Below are positions 54,743-64,000 of a stretch of 64,000 nt of DNA, piece by piece. A model generated the notes under the pieces. That model was not told the origin of the DNA. It worked only from the letters and a program-made list of their open reading frames with translations, and searched no databases. Origin of the DNA: Callorhinchus milii (Eukaryota); contig NW_024704743.1 in NCBI RefSeq assembly GCF_018977255.1, positions 4,962,001 through 5,026,000 of the forward strand. Direction: 5' to 3'. A program made the position numbers and the translations under genes. How positions within the stretch are numbered: the first letter of the stretch is position 1; the number at the start of each line of letters is the position of its first letter.

Positions 54743-57700
54743 GTAAGCTGACACGCATTTTTTTGTCGTTGTTTTCAACCTTTCCTTTAAAACCGCAGAA
54801 TTGGGAGTGCTCCTAAATGTAGCAATTTAAAATATCTCTTTTCTCATTGTGGGTGAATTTTACGATTGATTTCTTAATTAAGAAAAGCAGCAATCCATGA
54901 CACCGACGAGGGAGAGGGAGAAGGGTGTGGGGGGGGGGATGCGTTTGGAGGAAGAGGGGATTTTCCTGAGTCAGAGCGATGTTTGTGAACGTACTTAATT
55001 AAGAAATTAGTTAACAAATACCGCAAAATAGACCTGTATGAGGGTACATCCTTCATGTTGCTCCACTTAGCAGTCGTGCCATTTGGGGTCTGTTTAGATT
55101 GTACCACTGTTTAGATGGTATCTCTGAAATGACCCGACCATCTGGAAAAAATTCTGTTTCATGTTGTGGGTTTAAGACCCATGGTACATGAGTTCAAAGT
55201 GCCGATGTGGGTCTTTGATCCACAAATGAATGTCTCTCCCTCCAATGCAGTACTGGGAGGGTGTTGTACTGTTGAAAGTGCGGTCTTTTGGATGAGATGT
55301 TAAACCGAGGTGCCCGTCTGCCTGTTCAGTTGGGCATTTAGGATCCCTACAACTTGAAAAGAGAAGGGAGTTTCTCCCAGTGATCTGACCAACAATTCCC
55401 CCAAATAAATTTGGCCACAACTGCTGTTGGTGGGACATTGCTCAGCGCCTCCACCGCCATATTGCCTGGCTTGCCATTACCTCTCACCTATGGCGTCCAG
55501 GGCCCTCATCCACTCCTTTTTCCCTTACCTAACCTTGACTACACCAACATTCTGTCTTGAACCCAACTTGACCGCTCCCCTTAGTTCATGTCCCCTGCCC
55601 TATCCACCTCACCCATGAGCAAGCCATTCTGCCCGCCTGTTCTCTGGAACTCCATCCCAGAGTCCCTCTGACTTGCTCCCTCCCTCCTTAAAATGAGTTG
55701 GTCAGACTAGATCAGGACATTGAGTTGGAAACAGTGACAATACAAATCAATAGAGAGAAATACAATGTCACTTTCAGAATGTTAATGGCTGTGCATGTTG
55801 TAATTAGGGAGATATATACAATGATATACAATGTAGGGATGAACATTTGCCGTGAGTGATGTGGTAAATATCAGAAATAACCCTTGGCTTTGATATTGCG
55901 CTTTTCACTTTGCAACATCTCAAGACACTTCACAGAGGATTGTTGTCAAATGTAGTGACTTTGCACTTGTACACATCTGTCAGCCTGGCTCAAGTGGTAG
56001 CACTCCCACCTTTGAGTCAGAGGGTTGTGGGTTCAATCCCCACGTCAGGATGTTGAACGCAGTCTATGCTAGGCTTTTAATGTATCATCTAAAGAATAGG
56101 ACGTCTCTCAACGCAGTGAGAGACGTCCCATCCTTTGGGTGATACATTAAACCTGATTGCATGTTCAGGTGGGAGAGGGTGAGACGAAAGACTCCAGTTG
56201 GAGTTCCAGGGAGTAGAGGATAGAATGGCTGAAAGCTCTCCCACTGATAGTGGGTGGGGCGGGGGGGACGACATGAGGCAGGCATTGAGCACACAGAGTG
56301 CTCGGGGCGGTAGGGGTACAGGTTGTCACAGAGATAAGTTGGGATGAGGCAGTGGAGGGATTTTAAACCGAGGATGAGGATCTTGCGATCGTTGAAGATG
56401 AGAGACTCTTCTGTCATAAATCATTGGGGGAAATAAATCTTTCCCAACTTGGCACATGTCAGCATCAAGTCCGCCTCAGTGGTCAATCAGTGATTGCACC
56501 AGTGAATGCAAAACCTCCCTCGAAACAAGCTCCAAGTAAGAGCTCAAGCCCCCAGCTCGAGAAAAGCACCCTCCGCTGTACCACTGTGACATTCTTCATT
56601 TCTCTACAGCAACCCATCCTGTGGCCTCTCTGACAAGGGCAGATTTGGCCTCTCTGACAAGGGCAGATTTATTCTGTGAGCGTACATCCACTGGACTGTG
56701 CCCGTGCAAATTGATTTCACAATCGACTGCTGCAGACCGTGGGCAGAGGAGATTTCCATCCTATTATAATATGGGCTCTATTCAGAGGTGGTGTTGACCT
56801 CTTTTATAACATTGGAAACTTCAATAACAGTTAGTGGTCTGTGTACAGACTAAAATATGCCCTTTCAGATGCCTGTTCTTCCTGATTTGAGAGGAGGGAA
56901 TGATAGTTAAACCTGACTCGCACTGCTCTGAAACAGACTCAAACATAACAAACTGTGTGATCACTGGGGAAGAGTTGCATTATTGGAAGTGCCATCCCTT
57001 GGTTGATAAGCTAAACCATGCTTATGCAGCTGGATGTTAAAGAATCCCATGGCGCTATCCAAAAACAGAAAGGAGTTTCTGCTGGTAACCTATATAATAA
57101 TAATAATAATCCTTGCATTTGATATAGCGCCTTATCACGTCTTCGAGACGTCTCAAAGCGCTTCACAGAATATACTGTAAAGTGAATTGACTGTATATTT
57201 TGTGGGCGAAACCTGGCTTGAACCCACAACTCTCTGACTTAGTGGTGAGACTGCCAACATCTGAGTCAGCCTGTCACATACTTTATAAAGCTGGTTGCGA
57301 TTTTATGGATCCCAACCATCACCATATAACATACTCCACTGCTGCATCCATCTCTTGCTTACATAGCTTGAAGGTCTATATTAAAAAGCCGCATCTGTAT
57401 ATGGCTCGCTAAATTGTTGCAGACGTACAAAGGCACCCACGCAGTTTATGTAAGAGTTTAGTTTAGATGGTGCAATGCAATTTCTGACATGTCTATAAAT
57501 AGTAACAAAGATAAGAACAGATTTCTGCAATAAATCCTCTTAGAGTTCAGTCAACATACCTCCAGCAATATGAAACATCTGCCTATTCAGGTGGACAGAT
57601 CCCCTGACATTATTTGAAAAGAGTGGAGAGTTTCCCCAATGTATTTTGACCGACAATCCTCCAAGTAAATTGTTAACTTATTCCCTTCACAGCTATTTGT

Positions 57701-58370
57701 TAGGACTTTGCTGTGAGCAAATTTGCTGCTATTTGCCTAAAAAATAGAGTCATACCCGTAAACTTCTTGAGTGCATTTCAGGGAACGAGTTTTAGAGTTA
57801 ATAGCAGATTGTTCCAGACAAACAAGCCATTTTAGAAAGACAATCAAAGATATAAAATCCTTTGAAGCGTAAATATATAATCATTCCATTGGTTGGAAGC
57901 GCCTTGTGACTTTGAAAGGGTGAGGAGCTCAAGGGTCTTCTAAAATGTATTCTAAAAATATTCTAAAATGTAGTGACTATGCATTTTGTAGTCAATTTGC
58001 ACACAGTAGTATTCCATAAACAGCAATGAAGTCAATGACTCATTTTATTTGGGGGATTGTTGGCAAGGACACTGGGGAAACTCTCTTCTATTTTGTCTTG
58101 GGATCCTGCTCCTCCTTTCTTCGCATCGCTCTCTGTCTTGCCTTTTATGAGGTATCAAAGCCAAACCCAAAATTTGGTTTCAAACCCCAAATTTCCATTC
58201 CTAGCTATGCCACTGAGGCAGATGAGACCCGGGTTTAACACCTCACTGAAGGACAGCACCTCCGACAATGCAAAGCTCCCCTCAGCACTGCACTGGAGTG
58301 CCAACCTGGACCGTAAGCTGTGAGCTCAAAGCCCTAATTTTGGAGCTTGAACTCGTAACTCTTTTACTCG

Positions 58371-59002
58371 GAGAGTTTTACATGTTACAGTCAAAGACAG
58401 TCTCCAAAGCCATCAGCCAGCATTTTTTTTCTTGCTTCGAGATGTCCTGTGCTTGTTAATCAGACGTGTTTCCCTTATTGCTCTGATGGGATGACAAACG
58501 GAATGCAAATCTCTTATTTTGAGGACACCAACTGAGTCAGTGCTTCTCCAGCATTGAGCTCCGGGCGTGGGGGTGAAAGGTATCTTTGCAGTGCAGAGAA
58601 TTCTCCCGCTGTTCCTTCTCACCACATCTCAGTGGGTGGTCCCTGTTCTTGATTCCAATCACATATTAATGTTGCTAGTAATGAAGGATGCAAACAAATG
58701 CCATTTAACCTCCGACGAGTTTGAAGTGACTATTTAGCCATTACGATTTAACGCCTCCATATAGCAGCCAGTGATTTGAACTGAAATGGCAGATAGGTTG
58801 CCTGGAGACAGCTTCTCCATGGTAATCACGTCCTCAAAATAACTGAAAGTGATTGCATCCCGTTTGTCACCCTATCAGAGCGATCAGGGGATCACATCTG
58901 TTTAACGTGCGCATATAAAATAAACAGGACATCTCAAAGCCAAAAAAAAACGCTGTCTAATGGCTTTGGAGGTTGTCTTAGACTGTAACATGTAAAACTC
59001 TC
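58371..59002. mobile_element. MITE-like non-autonomous DNA transposon with long terminal inverted repeats
   Basis: GAGAGTTTTACATGTTACAGTC at the left end and GACTGTAACATGTAAAACTCTC at the right end. Imperfect complementarity continues inward for ~155-170 bp. No ORF. Confidence 0.75.
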
Positions 59003-59261
59003 TTGATGGCTCGATCAGTGAAGATGCTGTGCAGTGCAAAACTCAGCCCGGCGATTCAAGAAGAGTCCAGGGTGAATGCTTCGTTTGTGCTCCATTAGTT
59101 CATCTCAGCCGAGTACTGGTAAGGCTGAGGGCTGTTAGACTCAGATCTCCCAGACCAGGGCTAGCAGGAGGAAATTAGGTCAGATTGCTAGCTCTGATTT
59201 ATAACCAGTGACCCGTGATGTACTTGTGTCAAGGACTTTGGGTTCACACTCAGCACCCAAC

Positions 59262-59705
59262 CTCCCGCTGCTTTTGACGCTGTGGACCATTTCATCCTTT
59301 CGATTGCCATCTCCTCCTCCCACCTCCTCCTCCTCCCTGGGACTGCGACTCTGCCCATTCCAATCCTACTGACTCACAGCCTCTACGTTGTGTCTTCCTG
59401 CCCTCAGGGCTCCATCCTCCCTGCTCTCCACTCTTTTTCATCATCTACCTGCTTCCTCTTGATGTCATCATCTGCACATGTGGGGTTAATTTCCGTGTGG
59501 ATGACCTTCATATCCATATTAGTCCTCATTCCAGGTCCACCAATGTTCTGCCTGCCTACCTGCCTGTCAGACATCAAGGCCTGGACAAGCACCAACTTTC
59601 TGCAGCTTCATGTAGACAAGACACAAGCCATCTTCCTCGGCTCCCACCAACGTCTCACTTCCGGCTCTGACCTTTTCAACCTTCCCGGCCTCTGTCTCCC
59701 TCATT
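59262..59705 (+). mobile_element. Decayed L2 RT fragment
   Basis: PQGSIL...CLSDIKAWTSTNFLQLHVDKTQAIFLGS resembles the L2 ORF2 region. Confidence 0.8.
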
Positions 59706-60709
59706 CAGTGGGGAGGTACCCGTAAACACGATCAACAAGGAAGGTCTTTAGGCGGGATGTGAAAGTGGGGAGGGAGAGATTTGAGATTTGGAGTAAAGGT
59801 GGGTTACTAGAAAGGGGAGGGGAATGGCTTGGAATGTAGAAAAACAGGCTAAGGAAGAGGCCGTTGAGTCTACCAAATTAGTTCCACTCCCTCGCCTTGC
59901 AACTTTTTTTCTTTTCAAATATATGTGCGTGTTCTTTTCGAATAACTTTTCAGTATACCCTGCTGACCAAAAAAAAATCAAAGCGCTTCACAGAATATAC
60001 TGTAAAGTGAATTGACCGCATATTCTGTGGGCGAAACGCGGCAGCTAATTGCGCACAGCAGCGTCCCACAAACAGTCGTGGATTGACTAACCAAATTATT
60101 ATTATTTATTACTGATTGTCAAAGGTATTATTATCCCTAGAAAGCGATCCGCCAATCGACTGATAAAAGGGTTCCTACTTACTGCTAGGTAATCAGAAGC
60201 GTGTGGAGGAAGGCGAGTGACTCTAACCAATACCCTAAGGATTCCTGTTACAGACGGGCACTGGGAGATGCAGTAGTGATGTGTCTTGGCAGTTCTTATT
60301 GTGGTGTTTACTAGCCCAGGTGCTGATCTACAACTTTGCTTTTTTCTTGTGTCTTTTATGTCAGATTGGAATGTATCCAGCCCTTTGGCATTGCCTGCCT
60401 GAGTTCTGCAATGTCAACTCGGCAGATGTCTACCTGGGTGCAATCTAATTCAGAATCTCTGAGACAGGATGAAGGTTTCCGAGGCAGCTGTGTAGCAAAT
60501 GCAAGCCGCACGTTACGTGAAGTGACAGAGTAAGACAGGGTGTACCTCTGGTGAAATGCTATGAGATGTCTTTGCCTCTGAGGCAGGGGTAACAGTCAGC
60601 GGTACTGTCTATTCCATCGTATTCTCTCAGTGTGGAACCGAATGGGTCAGCGCTTTCCAGGAGTGGCTCCTGTCTGTCGGCAGGGAGGTATCCAAACCAC
60701 AACAGCGAG

Positions 60710-60978
60710 GGCGGGAGCCAATTGCGCACAACAGTGTCTCCCACAAACAGTCGTGGATCGATTGACCAAATTTATTATAATAATTTTTTTTTGGAAGGAA
60801 TTATTACCCCCGGAAAAGCGATCGGCCAATCAACTAACAGCCAGGTTCCTACGTACTGCTAGGTAAAGAGAGACGTGTGGAGTAAGGAAACTTGTCCAAC
60901 GTTTCGCCCTGCCCGGGAATCGAACCCAGTTCTCTCGCTTGCGAGGCGACTGATCTAACCACTGAGCTACAGGACTCC
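60710..60978 (-). mobile_element. tRNA-derived SINE, long subfamily, 3'-truncated
   Basis: Reverse of the head and core. Confidence 0.88.
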
Positions 60979-61760
60979 AAATATATTGCACAACAACAAC
61001 AACTTGCAACAACGACAACAACAACTTGCATTTATATAGCCCCCCTCACACAGGAGAGCGACCCAGAGCACTTTAAAGTGTAATGTGAATTGATATTTCG
61101 TGGGCAGTGGAGGAGGATAGAATGGTCGACAGTGTCGAAGGCAGCAGAGAGGTCGAGGAGTACAAGGAGGCATTCTGAGGCTTTTTTAAAAGGAACATCC
61201 GGCCTGCACCGTGATATCAGGACATTGCACCAACAAATATACAAAACAGTCATACATTAAAAAAAAATTCCTCAGCCAAATCAGTCAGACAAAAAATATT
61301 ATTTCATTGGCTAAAGCCATTGATTTGTGGTTCGTTCCTTCTCAATTCTTCATGCCATGTTCTGCGTTCTCCTTTAATGCTTACAAAATGCCCGTTTGCG
61401 GGAAGTTGTTGTGCGCAAATCGGCTGCTACTTTCTCCCACAAAATACACAGCGACTGACTGCACTTTACGGTGATACCTGTGAAGCGGTTTGAGGCGTCT
61501 CAAAGACTTGGAAGGCACTGTACAAAAACACAAGAATTATTACCAATTGTAATCGGGTGTACCGAAATCTCCAAAAGGTTTTTGGAATCGTTTTCGTGTG
61601 TTTTACTGCATGTGCTAGTCTGTCACTCGGGCCGTAATAAATCTACCGCAGACTTTCAGCCAGCCGTAAAAAAATGTTTATGTAGAAAAAGGTTTGAAGA
61701 ATGTTTAAACAAAATGTGATAATTAACACGGGTTGAATTAACCTGGTGTTCCTTGAACCA

Positions 61761-62125
61761 GGAGTCCTGTAGTGTACTGATTAGCGCACTCGCCTCATAA
61801 GCAAGAGGACCCAGGTTCGATTCCCAGGCAGAGCAAAACCTTGGGCAAGTTTCCTTACTCCACAAACCAGTGTTGACCTAGCAGTAAGTAGGAACCCGGC
61901 TGTTAGTCGATTAGTGGATCGCTTTCTGGGGATAATAATCCCTCAGAAAAATAATAATTTGGTCACTTCAATCCACGACTGTTTGTGGGACACTGCTGCG
62001 CGCAACTGGCTGCCGTGTTTTGCCCACAAAATATACAGTCAATAGATTTTACAGTGTAATGTGTGAAGCGCTTTGGGACATCTTGACAACGTGATGAGGC
62101 GCTATATCAAATGCAAGTATTATTG
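61761..62125 (+). mobile_element. tRNA-derived SINE, long subfamily
   Basis: Full-length match to the other copies. Confidence 0.9.
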
Positions 62126-63763
62126 TCACAACCATCCTTATTTTAACCATCACCAAAAAGCTGGCAACTGCCCAGTGACAGGTTCGGAGTTGCCGTGGGC
62201 CATCTTAATTCCTCCTCTAAGTAGGTTTAACTTCACCCTTTCGCACAAACGTTTCACCAGCGATTGCCTGAGACACTGCCGGGAGCTGAATGCCCGGTAA
62301 CGTGATAATTAGCACTTGTAGTAGTTTTGACACTGAATGTGGCAGTTACACCTCAATGTTTGCATACAATCAGACTTTACACTGCCCTATTCAACAACTT
62401 GCATTCATATAGCACCCCTTAACATAGGGTAGTGTCCCAGTGCGCTTGACAGTGGCGGAGCACAATGCCGAGCCGGAGGGAAGACGAGAGGTGACCGTAG
62501 GTGTCCATAGGCATAGCCGAAGAGGAAGGTCCTGAAGATGGGGAAGGAAGGGGGCGAGGCTGAGGGATTGAGGGAGGGTGTTCCAGAGTTTTGGGGCACA
62601 GTGGCTGAAAGTCCAGCCACCGATGGTTGAACGGAGGGCACGAGGGACAAGCAAGGAGAGCGGTACCAGTCAAGCCAAGGCAACCCAACGGGTATCGGTT
62701 TCCGTGCTGTACAATCTTTCTAAATCTGGGTACAATTTTTAAAATCTTTGAAATCGCACTGTACAAGACCACTTCAGTTTCACAACACAGTGTTCAGTGC
62801 CGGAAGCCTTCTGTCCTCCGCGATATTCACTCGTAGCCAAAAACGAACAAAGCTGTCATCTGTGAACTCAAACTGTTTATGTTACGCAGAGTAACACAGG
62901 CTGGGGCTGGACGCTCATAGAGGAAAAGACACATCTCTGGATTCTAAAGATGGCTAGTGACCTCACTGAGCCTCTTGATCCGTTCCTCCCTTGTAGTGCA
63001 CTCCAAAGGCTTTTGTAGCGTTGTTCCATATGTGTCAATTAACCCTTAGAGTTTCTCCCAGTTTCCTGGCCGATAATCCCCCATATATAAAAAAATGTTT
63101 GATTTCCTTCACTGATATTTGTGGACATTTAACTTCCACCTGAACAGGCAGACGGAGCCTCAGTTTAACGTCTTATGCAGTGCTTTGCAGTGTCAACATT
63201 GACTGCATGAGTTCAGAGTCATGATGTGGTGCTTGGACACACAATGACCAACGGCACTCTGAGACAGAATCCTGCGTGAAGGGTGTAATATATGAACGCC
63301 AGTTGTGGTTCATCTGACTCAGAGGTGAGAGTGCTGCCAGCTAAACCTGAAAACTAGAAGTGAATGCTGCTGAAGATAGAAATTCGCCCACAGCCCCCGA
63401 GGGTGTTTGTGTTGTGCCCTCAAAGCCAGTTTTGACAGGAGCGGAGAGCAGTATTTCTGCCAACAATACGAGAGCAGGAGGCACATGCAACCTTATCTCT
63501 TTCATAGTCTACGGCAGCTTTAACATTTTCCCCAGCTGAAGAGAGACCCTGATGTTCCAGTCGATCTTCAGCCTTGCCATAGAAGCTCTCAGCCTGCGTC
63601 AGCCGAGGGCTACATCAGACAGTGGTTCCGACACAGATTTAGTGCTTGTGTGGCGTACGCGAAACACGCACAAACACACACCGCTCAGCACAAACGTCAC
63701 TTTGAGGATGAACACATTCAGCTCAGCAACCGTAACCAAAGGTTTACAACCGGAAAAATGTTG

Positions 63764-64000
63764 GGAGTCCTGTAGTGTAGTGGTTAGAGCACTCGCCTCG
63801 CAAGCGAGAGGACCTGGGTTCAATTCCTGCGCAAGGTGAAACCTTAAGCAAATTTCCTGACTCCACACGCCTCTGTTTGCCTAGCAGTAAGTAGGAACCC
63901 GGTTGTTAATCGATTGGTGGATCGCTTTCCGGGGGTAATAATCCCTCAAAAAAATAATTGGGTCACTCAATCCACAACTGTTTGTGGGACGCTGCACAAT
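63764..64000 (+). mobile_element. tRNA-derived SINE running to the window edge
   Basis: Head and core are present. Confidence 0.9.

Noticed and set aside
57270..57330. PVTYFIKLVAILW as a possible exon 5 (TM1)
   Set aside because: It has an in-frame stop within 20 codons, a poor acceptor and no YTxGYxxSL motif. I found no credible TM1 exon in the window.
59005..59260. Possible LF-SINE-like ancient repeat (also ~48560-48670)
   Set aside because: Too decayed to assign by eye, and it does not match the LF-SINE consensus as I recall it. It needs an nhmmer/Dfam search.
63599..63868. Hydrophobic stretch LNVFILKVTFVLSGVCLCVFR resembling the end of TM1
   Set aside because: It is on the strand opposite the receptor, lacks the YTxGY motif, and the ORF starts inside a SINE.

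Overview
This is repeat-dense vertebrate DNA, not prokaryotic. The SINE/LINE repertoire points to a cartilaginous fish, probably a chimaera such as Callorhinchus milii (inferred from recalled repeat families, not searched). The only host gene I can support is the 5' part of a + strand class B1 (secretin-family) GPCR of the VIP/PACAP/GHRH/secretin group, most VIPR2-like. Four coding exons (36720-36770, 39135-39240, 51593-51700, 54654-54742) splice in frame into a 118-aa signal peptide plus complete hormone-binding ectodomain. I found no TM1 exon, so the gene presumably continues past 64000. The near-invariant ectodomain Asp (W-D-N) is Ala (W-A-N). Upstream of the ATG lie a ~2-kb compound (TG)n tract and a 4-unit tandem repeat. 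The rest is tRNA-derived CORE-like SINEs, Deu-domain SINEs, L2 and CR1 fragments, a solo LTR with a TSD, MITE-like inverted repeats, Penelope-type palindromes and a templated-insertion repair scar. Almost all ORF-track entries are spurious. I found no CRISPR array, operon or firmly supported new multi-gene system. Repeat boundaries are approximate; exon boundaries were read base by base.
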